From an uncultured virus (IMG/VR IMGVR_UViG_3300050015_000370) (Duplodnaviria > Heunggongvirae > Uroviricota > Caudoviricetes): 64,000 bases of DNA. Made by a program: the position numbers and the translations under genes. Numbering within the stretch: position 1 is the stretch's first letter; the number at the start of each line of letters is the position of its first letter. Below, one piece after another: positions 1-9,202 of this stretch. The notes beneath the pieces are model-generated. The model saw nothing but the letters and a program-made list of their open reading frames with translations. It did no database searches and was not told the origin of the DNA. The DNA lies in IMG/VR virus record IMGVR_UViG_3300050015_000370; one strand, written 5' to 3'.

Positions 1-1
1 A

Positions 2-523
2 TTGATAAAAGAATCTTTAGAGCAAACATTCACTCGTGGAAGTGATGATAAATTATCTAATATAGGTATAGGTAAAAAAGCGGCGATATTGAAATGGTTG
101 ACGGAATTTAATATAGAAAAATATGAATTAAATGACGATCTTTCCATAAACATCATAAAACATGATGTGTGGATAGATATGATCAATATAGGATCCTTGC
201 CCAAATATATACAATTTGATAAAATTTATGGGTCATTTAGAATGATGAATGCAAAATTAACAACATTGAGAGGATTTCCTACTTATGTTAAGGGAACACT
301 TAATTGTGAAAGTAATTTGCTAAAAACTCTAGAATTCATAACACCTGTCATAGGTAAAGATTTTTATTGTGGGTACAACCAGTTGGTTGATTTGAAAATT
401 AGACCTACATTGATAGGTGGAAGTATGTTTGTTGCAGGTAATTCGCTATTAACTACACAATATACTGATATGATTGAAAGAAAAAGAGGTTATCCAATAG
501 TAAATACAAGAGATGAAGACTAA
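2..523 (+). CDS. Variable LRR-like family protein (1 unit), probably 5'-truncated by the window edge
   Basis: Shared header FTRG..DKL.NIGIGK...KWL....I..Y.LNDDL.I, then LTTLRGFP..V.G.LNC..N.L repeats. Confidence 0.8.
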   Translation: MIKESLEQTFTRGSDDKLSNIGIGKKAAILKWLTEFNIEKYELNDDLSINIIKHDVWIDMINIGSLPKYIQFDKIYGSFRMMNAKLTTLRGFPTYVKGTLNCESNLLKTLEFITPVIGKDFYCGYNQLVDLKIRPTLIGGSMFVAGNSLLTTQYTDMIERKRGYPIVNTRDED

Positions 524-1115
524 ATTAGTTAAGGAATCGTTAGGACAAACATTCACAAGAGGAGGTGAAAATAAGTTGGCAGATATAGGCGTAGGGAAAA
601 TTGGGCAAATAAAACAGTGGCTTGACAATCATAATGTAATTAATTATAAGATCAATGATGATTTTACAATTGACACATTTACTGCCGTATTTTTAGGTAA
701 TGGGCTCGAAGAATGCGAATTTCCGATTTTTATACAATTTCGTAGATCAGAAAGATCATTTTTCTGCCAAAATAATTTTATGACATCTTTAAGAGGTTGT
801 CCTTCTCATGTAGATGGTAATTTTGATTGTAGTCATAATAATTTAAGAAATTTAATAGGTGGGCCAAAATACAATGAAGGAAGTAGCAGATCATACATGT
901 GTTCATTTAACCGATTAGAATCTCTTGAAGGTTGTCCTGAATCTGTAGATAATGATTTTATATGTAGAAAGAATCCAAATTTACATTCTTCTAAATTTTT
1001 TCCCAAATACATAGGTGGCGGATTATATATGGGCGACACATCTTTATTATATGATGATGTAAAAAAATTAATGGGATATAAACAAACAGTTATTAAGGGA
1101 GGAGTTTTTGTATGA
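513..1115 (+). CDS. Variable LRR-like family protein (1 unit)
   Basis: MKTKLVKESL leader, FTRG/IGVGK/WL header, ~22-aa SLRGCP..V.G.F.C..N repeats. Confidence 0.85.
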   Translation: MKTKLVKESLGQTFTRGGENKLADIGVGKIGQIKQWLDNHNVINYKINDDFTIDTFTAVFLGNGLEECEFPIFIQFRRSERSFFCQNNFMTSLRGCPSHVDGNFDCSHNNLRNLIGGPKYNEGSSRSYMCSFNRLESLEGCPESVDNDFICRKNPNLHSSKFFPKYIGGGLYMGDTSLLYDDVKKLMGYKQTVIKGGVFV

Positions 1116-2095
1116 AAAAACTAATAAACGAATCTATATCTAATACATTCACTAGAGGAGAAGATAAGTTATCCAATATGGGAATAGGTAAGATTCAACT
1201 AATTAAGGATTGGTTGAAAGATAATGATATTAGTAATTATAAAATAAATGCTGATTATTCTATAGATGTATACGGTAGAATTAGTAGATATAATAAAAAT
1301 ATAGGAGATTTTCCTTCATATATTCAATTTAATATAATTGATGGTAGTTTTTTATTTGGTGGGAATCATTTTACAACTTTAAGAGGTTTTCCAAGAGAAA
1401 TATATGGGTTATTTGATGTGAGTGGTGCAGAAAATACATTTGTATCTTTAGAAGACGCCCCTATTTGGGTCACTGATTCTGTAAATATTTATAGATTTAG
1501 TGATCAAATGGATACAAAAAAACAAATGATAGTACCAGCTTCTGAGATAAAAAAATATCTAAGACGTTGCACAATTGGCGGGAAATTCTATTGTGATATA
1601 AGCAAATATAATAGCAAATATGTTGTTGATATAAATTTATATGAATCATCAAACCAAACATTCACAAGAAATAACATCGACAAATTATCAAGTTTAGGAA
1701 TAGGAAAGATCGATATGATAAAGGCTTGGTTAGAAAAATACGAAATAGGAAATTATACAATAAATGATGATCTTACAATAGATACAACTGGAAATTTAAA
1801 TTTAGCTTATTCAGGAATTGAAAAATTTCCAGAGTATATTAAGTTCAGAACAATAAATGGAGATTTTTCAGTAAAAGGAAATGGGATGACATCTCTTAGA
1901 GGTTGTCCCGAATATGTTAGAGATAATTTTAATTGTTCAAATAATAAATTAACATCTTTAGAATTTGCACCAATAACTGGCGGTTCTACTTGGTATAATT
2001 TAAATCAAATTTCAAATGGTGAGATAGATAAGTATATAGAGAGGAATAACTGGCACAATAAAATAGAATATGAAATTCAAAATAAAAATAAATAA
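1112..2095 (+). CDS. Variable LRR-like family protein (2 tandem units)
   Basis: Two header+repeat units joined by INLYES. Confidence 0.85.
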   Translation: MKKLINESISNTFTRGEDKLSNMGIGKIQLIKDWLKDNDISNYKINADYSIDVYGRISRYNKNIGDFPSYIQFNIIDGSFLFGGNHFTTLRGFPREIYGLFDVSGAENTFVSLEDAPIWVTDSVNIYRFSDQMDTKKQMIVPASEIKKYLRRCTIGGKFYCDISKYNSKYVVDINLYESSNQTFTRNNIDKLSSLGIGKIDMIKAWLEKYEIGNYTINDDLTIDTTGNLNLAYSGIEKFPEYIKFRTINGDFSVKGNGMTSLRGCPEYVRDNFNCSNNKLTSLEFAPITGGSTWYNLNQISNGEIDKYIERNNWHNKIEYEIQNKNK

Positions 2096-2634
2096 TGAAA
2101 AAACTTTATAAATATATCTTAATACTCATAATTGTAATCTCATCCATTATGACAGTGGTTGAAATTTCCAATAAACAAAGGGAATTCAATAAATTCTATT
2201 TTCCAGAAACATTGATTGTCCATAACCACACAAATAATCTTAAAGCTGATACGATAACGATGATCATTCTTAATAAGATAATGAAATATGATGACTTAAC
2301 TGTGGAGATATATGTGCTTAAAAATATTTTTGATACTCATGAATTGATAGTTCTAAGTAAGATAGAAAAAAATAAATTCTATAAACATAATTACAAACTT
2401 TATATAAAGAACGAATTAAGATTTGGCACATTGGTAGATGTCATAGCACATGAAATGGTCATGATAGATCAGATGGAAACAAATAAACTTCAATTATTAG
2501 GAGATGGATATGTATGGAAACGAGATTCAGCCAAATATTCAAGGGTAGAATATTATGATAGATCATACGAAGTAGCCGCGTTTAAAAGACAGATGGATAT
2601 AGTCAAACAATTAAAAAATCTTTATATTAAATGA
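2095..2634 (+). CDS. Membrane-anchored zinc metallopeptidase-like protein with degenerate motif (HEMVM)
   Basis: N-terminal hydrophobic helix; IAHEMVMIDQM and YYDRSYEVAA; paralog of 4143..4673. Confidence 0.6.
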   Translation: MKKLYKYILILIIVISSIMTVVEISNKQREFNKFYFPETLIVHNHTNNLKADTITMIILNKIMKYDDLTVEIYVLKNIFDTHELIVLSKIEKNKFYKHNYKLYIKNELRFGTLVDVIAHEMVMIDQMETNKLQLLGDGYVWKRDSAKYSRVEYYDRSYEVAAFKRQMDIVKQLKNLYIK

Positions 2635-4127
2635 ATATTGTAAATGAAAATATAATTAAAAGTTTCACTAGAAATGAAAATAAACTTTCATCTTTGGGAG
2701 TAGGCAAACAAAAGATGATAAAGGATTGGTTGGATAAGTATGGAATAGAAAATTACAGAATAAATGATGATCTGAGGATTGACACATTCTCAAAAGTAAA
2801 TTGTGGTCATATGACTATTGTTGAATTTCCACCTTTTATACAATTTAGAAAAGCATACACACATTTCAATATAGATAATTGCGGTTTGACTTCATTAAGA
2901 GGATGTCCATATGAAATTGAGGGAACATTTGAGTGTTCCAATAATCCTTTAACTTCGTTTAAATTTTGTCCAAAGATCATAACAAGAAATTTTGCAATAG
3001 AAAATACAGAAATAACTTCATTTGATTTTGCTCCAGAATTTATAGGCAACATAATGTATATTCATCTGAATAAATTTACTCCTAAACAAATAAAGGATTA
3101 TTATGATACTGGATCAGTTAGAACAATTCATTCAAGGTTTGGTGGTTTAGGATCAGAATATCTCGATACGGATTTTATAAACTTAGATGAAAGTTTCATA
3201 AGGGGAACAGACGATAAATTAAAGTCTCTTGGAGTAGGTAAAAAAGAATTGATAAAAAAATGGTTGGAGAAACATGACATTAAATTATATACGATAAATG
3301 ATGATTTAACGATAGATGTCGGTAATGTAGATTTAGAAAATATACAAATATCTAAATTTCCTGATTATATAAAATTTGGAATGGTTAGCGGTTCAATGTG
3401 GTTAGTAAATAATGGTTTGACTTCACTTATAGGATGTCCTGATACTATCGAAGGAAGTTTTCAATGTAATAATAATCTTATAACCACTCTTAAAGGCGGG
3501 CCATCATCTGTAGGAGGAAATTATGAATGTGATCATAACCAATTAACAACATTGGTTGGTTGCGCAAAGAAAATAGGTAATGATTTTTGGTGTGGTGATA
3601 ACTATATACCTTTTGATGAACTCAAGAAAAATCTAAAAGATATTAAGGTGAAAGGAAGATTTTACACTGATTATAATGAAATAAACAGGATGAATGAATC
3701 TTTTTCAAAAACAACCAATAAGATTGAATCTCTTGGTATTGGCAAGATAGAAATGATAAAGAATTGGTTGGAGAAACATCATATACATAATTATTCTATA
3801 AATGATGATTTAACGATAGACATAGATGGTGATATCAAACATGTAAATTTAATGAAAGGGAATCTTCCTGATTATATACAATTTAATGAGGTTAGTGGTG
3901 ATTTCTTTTGTACAAATTGTGATTTAACATCTCTAAAAGGAATGCCCATAAAAGTTTATGGAATTTTTGGAATGGGATATAACCCAAATATAAAATCTTT
4001 AGAATATATGCCTGCATACATAGGTGGAAATTTTTACTGTAAAGGAGTTGGAGATAATATAAAAAATATGATACATGATCAATTTCTTGACCGTACAGTG
4101 TTAAAAGGATACATGTATCTTGATTAA
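2631..4127 (+). CDS. Variable LRR-like family protein (3 tandem units)
   Basis: Three header+repeat units joined by INLDES and RMNES. Confidence 0.85.
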   Translation: MNIVNENIIKSFTRNENKLSSLGVGKQKMIKDWLDKYGIENYRINDDLRIDTFSKVNCGHMTIVEFPPFIQFRKAYTHFNIDNCGLTSLRGCPYEIEGTFECSNNPLTSFKFCPKIITRNFAIENTEITSFDFAPEFIGNIMYIHLNKFTPKQIKDYYDTGSVRTIHSRFGGLGSEYLDTDFINLDESFIRGTDDKLKSLGVGKKELIKKWLEKHDIKLYTINDDLTIDVGNVDLENIQISKFPDYIKFGMVSGSMWLVNNGLTSLIGCPDTIEGSFQCNNNLITTLKGGPSSVGGNYECDHNQLTTLVGCAKKIGNDFWCGDNYIPFDELKKNLKDIKVKGRFYTDYNEINRMNESFSKTTNKIESLGIGKIEMIKNWLEKHHIHNYSINDDLTIDIDGDIKHVNLMKGNLPDYIQFNEVSGDFFCTNCDLTSLKGMPIKVYGIFGMGYNPNIKSLEYMPAYIGGNFYCKGVGDNIKNMIHDQFLDRTVLKGYMYLD

Positions 4128-4142
4128 AAATAATTCATTAAT

Positions 4143-4673
4143 ATGGAAAAATATTGGAAATATATATTTGGTATAATTGTTTTAGGATTTCTTATCTATA
4201 TCCTAACAGCCAACAAACCCGCATATAATAACTTTACATTTCCACAAACTATCACAGTTCATAATTATACAAGCAATCCAAAAACTGATACCGTAGCCAT
4301 GGTAATCTTAAATAAGATAATGTTGTATGATACTATGACGGTTAACATATATAAATTGAATGATATTTTTGACAACCAAGATTTTGTAATAAACGCCCAT
4401 GTTATAAAAAATGTATTTGTTCCACATACATACAACATATTTATTAGAAGTTATTTAAATCTTTATACGATAGAATATTCCTTATCACATGAATTCATAC
4501 ATATTGATCAAATGGAACGTAATAGGTTGATAATATACCAAAATACATATTCATGGAATGATACAATATATAATATGAAGGATGTTAAATATGAAAATAG
4601 ACCTTATGAAATTGAAGCTTATAATAAACAAACTTTAATATACGATAAACTTATTAACATATATAAGAAATAG
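4143..4673 (+). CDS. Membrane-anchored HExxH zinc metallopeptidase-like protein
   Basis: N-terminal TM helix; LSHEFIHIDQM and YENRPYEIEAY motifs. Confidence 0.7.
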   Translation: MEKYWKYIFGIIVLGFLIYILTANKPAYNNFTFPQTITVHNYTSNPKTDTVAMVILNKIMLYDTMTVNIYKLNDIFDNQDFVINAHVIKNVFVPHTYNIFIRSYLNLYTIEYSLSHEFIHIDQMERNRLIIYQNTYSWNDTIYNMKDVKYENRPYEIEAYNKQTLIYDKLINIYKK

Positions 4674-4703
4674 AAATATGTGATTGCAGTAGTCATTCAA
4701 AAG

Positions 4704-4711
4704 GATATATA
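4704..4711 (+). promoter_or_regulatory. Putative late promoter GATATATA
   Basis: Recurrent octamer, 14 nt before ATG 4726. Confidence 0.55.
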
Positions 4712-4725
4712 GGATAAAAGGAACT

Positions 4726-6162
4726 ATGCAATTACCTCTTTACACAAATAACACTAAATCATATAGCATTCTTGAGGTCTTAAATAACACAATGTTGGGA
4801 TTTGTTTATGAATTTTATTCATCGAAAAAACCAGAATTTATTGTAAATGATCTAGGTAAGTTAATAGGTAAAAATATTACATTAACAAGTTTTGATACAT
4901 ATACACCATCACAAACAAATGCGATCCTTATAAAGGAATACAACGCACCAAAACCAAAGTATCGTCTAAATATTGCATTTGAACGTTATAGTTCAATTAT
5001 ATCTACAATAAACAACATAAGTAAATGGATTAATGAGACAGCTGAAACATCTCATGATACACTAATGCGCGTGAATCTTATGTTTGACCATGCGAATTTA
5101 AATACCATACATACTGTTTCTAAAATGCAACCATCAAAATTATTGTTGAAATTTGATGAATCCTTTGTGTATGATAGGTTTCCTTTACAAAAAGAGTCTG
5201 CATTTGTACTTTCAACAAAAAAGATAATCCCAGTAAATACTTATATCAATGAAAATTCCATAATCACAAGTATTTCAGAGGTTACAAGTTCTCCATTTGC
5301 TGATTTTTATGGCATAAATTTTTCGGATTATACTAGAGGAATATTACAATTCAATTACATAGGTGGAAAAGATTATGCAAAGTATCCAAAAAATATTACA
5401 GATGTTTTAGAATATTATATAACTAAGGCATATCAAAGTTTAAATAGTTCAGAATTAAATAAGGATGAAATAGAAAATATAGAAAAAATATCAGAGGAAC
5501 ATCGTAAACTTCAGTACAGCTTCTATAACATAGATTATGCTTTAAATGAGTATAAGGATATTAAATTGAGCGTCAATATGTCGAAGGAACCTCAGATAAT
5601 TAGATCATATTGGCAGATGATAAGAAAACCTCTTTTTGAAGCGATATTCAATTCAAATTTAAGAAAGGGAGAATTTAACTTTGACACTGATACTGAGAGA
5701 GGTCAGATTCGCAATGCAAAATTATCAAATGTTTTGTTAAAGAATTTTGACATTGTAAAATGCGAGCTTAATGGAGTATTGGAGAATTGTAGTATATGGG
5801 CATCAAAAATTGACAAATCTAGAATATGTGAAAGTAAATTAATTTCGGGTAATAAAGTATCCAATTCATACTTAAAGAAGGTAGACGCAGAAACCGATAA
5901 TAATATAAACAAAAGTTTTATAATGAATGAAAGCGAGATAATCAATTGTAGGTTATCTGGTACTATTGTAAAATTTGGCGAACTAGGAAAAAGAGCACAG
6001 CTCGATGAAAGCTGTGTAATCATAAAAAAGGATGTTGAACCAATAAAATATACATCTGGAATAGAGGTATCAGAAGTAAGAGATCATAATTGGCTAGCAT
6101 CCTTAAGTGGTAAAAGTCCAAAGGGTTTCGCAAATGAATACAGAAACAAGTATGACAAATAA
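4726..6162 (+). CDS. Amidoligase-like protein with degenerate catalytic motifs and a C-terminal beta-helix-like region
   Basis: LGFVYEFYS ... RVNL ... FYGINF ... LQFNYIGGKDY resembles the GxExE/HxN/KYxxN/EFR pattern; repetitive I/L-x-x-S/C tail. Confidence 0.4.
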   Translation: MQLPLYTNNTKSYSILEVLNNTMLGFVYEFYSSKKPEFIVNDLGKLIGKNITLTSFDTYTPSQTNAILIKEYNAPKPKYRLNIAFERYSSIISTINNISKWINETAETSHDTLMRVNLMFDHANLNTIHTVSKMQPSKLLLKFDESFVYDRFPLQKESAFVLSTKKIIPVNTYINENSIITSISEVTSSPFADFYGINFSDYTRGILQFNYIGGKDYAKYPKNITDVLEYYITKAYQSLNSSELNKDEIENIEKISEEHRKLQYSFYNIDYALNEYKDIKLSVNMSKEPQIIRSYWQMIRKPLFEAIFNSNLRKGEFNFDTDTERGQIRNAKLSNVLLKNFDIVKCELNGVLENCSIWASKIDKSRICESKLISGNKVSNSYLKKVDAETDNNINKSFIMNESEIINCRLSGTIVKFGELGKRAQLDESCVIIKKDVEPIKYTSGIEVSEVRDHNWLASLSGKSPKGFANEYRNKYDK

Positions 6163-7147
6163 ATTAGTTAAGGAGATTTTAGGCAATACATTTTCAAGAG
6201 GAGGAGATGATAAAATATCGTCTTTAGGAATAGGAAAAATATCTTTGATTAAAAAGTGGTTAGAAGAATTAGAGATAGATGAATATAGAATAAATGATGA
6301 TTTTTCAATAGATATAGAACATACTTTAACATTTCATGTTTCAGAAGTTGATAAAAAATTTCCAGATTATATTCAATTTGGTACAATACAAGGTAATTTT
6401 ATCATTGAAAAATGTAACTTAGAAACTCTCAGAGGATGTCCATATTCTGTGTTTGGATCATTTTTTTGTGAACATAATAATCTAACATCTCTTAAATATG
6501 CACCAACACACGTTCGTACAAATTTTTATTGTTCTTACAATAAAATATCAGTGGATGAAGTCAATAGATATGAAAAAATGGGATATGTTGCAGGTTTACT
6601 TAGAAGTGATTTCGATAAATGGGTTCCTACATTTGGACTAGCTGAATCATTCACAAAAAATAATAAGACAAAATTAGAAGGTTTGGGTTTAGGTAAAAAA
6701 GCATTAATAAGAAAATGGTTAGAGGATCATAAGATATTTAATTATAAAATAAATGATGATCTTTCTATAAATGTGAAAGGCGATGTTGTAATAGTTGGAG
6801 AAATTATTGAAAAATTACCAAACTATATCCAATTCAATGAAATAGATGGTAAATTTAAAATAAAATTTTGTGAGTTAGCATCACTAAAAGGTTTTCCAAT
6901 AAAGGTATTTAACGGTTGTTCTTGTGCTGGAAATAAATTAGAATCTCTTGAATATTGCCCAAAATTTATAGGTAATGATTTTTTCTGTGATGGAAATTTA
7001 TTAAAAGATTTGAAATTTATTCCAGAAAATGTAGGTGGTGAAATGTATGTTTCTAGAAATTCATCACTATCTTTAAATGATATTTTAACGATTAATAACG
7101 AAACTTGTTATAAAATAATTAGTCATGATTATCCAGAATCGTTTTAA
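6152..7147 (+). CDS. Variable LRR-like family protein (2 tandem units)
   Basis: Start placed at ATG 6152 (MTNKLVKEIL, matches family leader); units joined by GLAES. Confidence 0.85.
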   Translation: MTNKLVKEILGNTFSRGGDDKISSLGIGKISLIKKWLEELEIDEYRINDDFSIDIEHTLTFHVSEVDKKFPDYIQFGTIQGNFIIEKCNLETLRGCPYSVFGSFFCEHNNLTSLKYAPTHVRTNFYCSYNKISVDEVNRYEKMGYVAGLLRSDFDKWVPTFGLAESFTKNNKTKLEGLGLGKKALIRKWLEDHKIFNYKINDDLSINVKGDVVIVGEIIEKLPNYIQFNEIDGKFKIKFCELASLKGFPIKVFNGCSCAGNKLESLEYCPKFIGNDFFCDGNLLKDLKFIPENVGGEMYVSRNSSLSLNDILTINNETCYKIISHDYPESF

Positions 7148-7152
7148 TTGAT

Positions 7153-7163
7153 TATATTTACCC
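7153..7163 (+). promoter_or_regulatory. Putative early promoter -7 element (TATATTTACCC)
   Basis: Matches the recurrent TATATTTR-C motif. Confidence 0.4.
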
Positions 7164-7178
7164 AATAAATATGATGTT

Positions 7179-7589
7179 ATGTTTGTTAAAAATGATGACA
7201 AATTAATTAGTCTTGAAGTAGGAAAACTTGCATTGATACAAAAATGGGTTGACCAATACCATAATCGTGTTGCCGATCCGTCACGATTGTTAATAAATGA
7301 AGATTTTTCAATAGATTCAAGAACTTCCATATTTTGTCTTAGTTCATTTTCAAAAATAATTCCATCATATATAAAATTTAGAAATATTGATGGAGCATTT
7401 GACATAGACGATATATTAAATGAAGACATGGATTATTGTCCTTTATTTATAGATGGTGCGTTACACGCACCCCGCGCTAATGTTTCTGATGATGTGTTAG
7501 ACAAGTATATTTCAAATACAATAATCAATGGAAGTATATTTAGAAAGATATCTGGGGTACCCCAGATAAATAGAAAAAAGACATCATGA
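7179..7589 (+). CDS. Divergent LRR-like family protein (1 degenerate unit)
   Basis: DKLISLEVGK...KWV, INEDFSID, PSYIKF header; repeats eroded. Confidence 0.7.
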   Translation: MFVKNDDKLISLEVGKLALIQKWVDQYHNRVADPSRLLINEDFSIDSRTSIFCLSSFSKIIPSYIKFRNIDGAFDIDDILNEDMDYCPLFIDGALHAPRANVSDDVLDKYISNTIINGSIFRKISGVPQINRKKTS

Positions 7590-8320
7590 CAAAAGATGAT
7601 TTAATTGACTACATCATAAACGACCTTACCGCATCTGGGGCTTTACCATTCCAACCTCCAAGGCAGGAAATATCTAGAATAATAGACATTGAAAGCAAAT
7701 TTCTTTATAGAGAGTATAGAGATGGATCTGAGGCAGGATGGTACATCCTGAACCATAATTATTTTAACACTATTGAATGGAAGACAACAAAAACATTCCA
7801 ACTTCCTGATTGTGTCATTTCGGTATCATTGGTACATGAAATTAAAGGTGGGATGGCTAACATTGGGATTAATGATCCAGATATGTCATTTGATAGATTG
7901 ATGGCTGCAGATCTTTTTTTACAACCTATAAGCACAGATCAACTAATGTATAGAACCATACAGATGGCTGGGTATGATCAATCTAAACAATTTATTCTTA
8001 GAGATATTAACCATAATTTTAACATAAACACACATAGGTTACAGATAACGGGTAGGACACCTCAACACTCTTTATATGTTACAACATTGAATAAGATACC
8101 GGATGAGGAATTTTATGAAGACACATTGGTAATATCTTGGATGATAGCCAAATCAAAGATTGCCCTTTCAAAAATGTTAGGTGCGTTTACATATAATCTT
8201 ATTGGTGGTGTGACAATTAACGCAGCCCAATGGAAGGAAGAAGCAAATGCTGAACTAACTGAACTAAAAGCAAAAATTATTTCAGATAACGCTCCCGACT
8301 GGTTTATATTTTTTGCGTAA
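7586..8320 (+). CDS. Neck / head-completion protein, T4 gp13-like
   Basis: N-terminal LIDYI..L...GA and C-terminal YNLIGGVTINA..WKEEA..EL resemble the gp13 LPGGVxxNG motif. Confidence 0.65.
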   Translation: MTKDDLIDYIINDLTASGALPFQPPRQEISRIIDIESKFLYREYRDGSEAGWYILNHNYFNTIEWKTTKTFQLPDCVISVSLVHEIKGGMANIGINDPDMSFDRLMAADLFLQPISTDQLMYRTIQMAGYDQSKQFILRDINHNFNINTHRLQITGRTPQHSLYVTTLNKIPDEEFYEDTLVISWMIAKSKIALSKMLGAFTYNLIGGVTINAAQWKEEANAELTELKAKIISDNAPDWFIFFA

Positions 8321-8365
8321 TTGGTTCAAAATTAAGTACATATACATTAAATTAAATATTTTATT

Positions 8366-8395
8366 ATAGAGATATATAATTAAAAATATCTCTAT
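8366..8395 (+). promoter_or_regulatory. Late promoter GATATATA (8371-8378) embedded in a 10-bp hairpin that sequesters the endonuclease start codon
   Basis: ATAGAGATAT (8366-8375) pairs perfectly with ATATCTCTAT (8386-8395), which includes the AT of ATG 8394. Confidence 0.65.
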
Positions 8396-9050
8396 GGATA
8401 ATATTAAAAAACACAATTATACATATGTAATTGTAAATTTAATAAATGGAAAATTATATATTGGAAGTAGATGTACAAATATAGAATTAGATAAATATAT
8501 GGGTTCTGGAAGATTAATAAAATTTGCTATAAAAAAATATGGAGTTAAAAATTTTAAAAGAATTAATTTAAATGATTTTGAAACGCCTCAAGAAGCAAGA
8601 AATAAAGAAGAAGAATATATAAATCTATTTAAATCATTAAGTCCTAGTGGATATAATTTGCATCCAAAAGGAGGATGTTCTTATTTTGAATATTCCGAAG
8701 AATCATTAATGAGATTCAAAAAACTTAGATTAGGCAAATCATATAATGAAATTTATGGTGTAGAAAAAGCTAAAGAAGTAAAAAACCATATTTCTGAAAA
8801 TCATGCTAGATTTTGGGAAGGGAAAACACAAAGCAAAGAAACTATAAAGAAAAAAGCTGATGCAAATAGAGGGCAATTAAGAACAGATGAATCTAAAAAT
8901 AAAATTAGACAATCTCTTTTAGGTGTTAAATTTTCAGATGAAAGATGTAAAAATATATCTAATTCTCTTAAAGGAAATTCAAATTTAGCAAAAAATTTCG
9001 GAGGACCAAAATTTGGATCTGAAAACCCTTTCTTTAAATGTGTGTCTTAA
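8394..9050 (+). CDS. Free-standing GIY-YIG homing endonuclease (Seg-like) with NUMOD3-like repeats; frame continues past the TAA to 9197
   Basis: YTYVIVNLINGKLYIGS, YMGSG, KKYG..NFKR, GYN, repeated S.E...KIS.SL.G; 48 more open codons with HTH-like character after TAA 9048-9050. Confidence 0.85.
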   Translation: MDNIKKHNYTYVIVNLINGKLYIGSRCTNIELDKYMGSGRLIKFAIKKYGVKNFKRINLNDFETPQEARNKEEEYINLFKSLSPSGYNLHPKGGCSYFEYSEESLMRFKKLRLGKSYNEIYGVEKAKEVKNHISENHARFWEGKTQSKETIKKKADANRGQLRTDESKNKIRQSLLGVKFSDERCKNISNSLKGNSNLAKNFGGPKFGSENPFFKCVS

Positions 9051-9202
9051 GAAGATCTTGAAATGATGATACATTTACATATTGATGTTAGAATGAGTCC
9101 AAGAAAAATTGAAGGGATAATGAATAAAAAGTTTTCGTGGGCAAAAATTATGAAAACTTTACGTGAAAATAATGTATTTGTTACACATATAAAATAAATG
9201 AA

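Noticed and set aside
8321..9202. Group I intron housing the GIY-YIG gene
   Set aside because: Flanking genes look complete and there is too little non-coding sequence for a ribozyme core.
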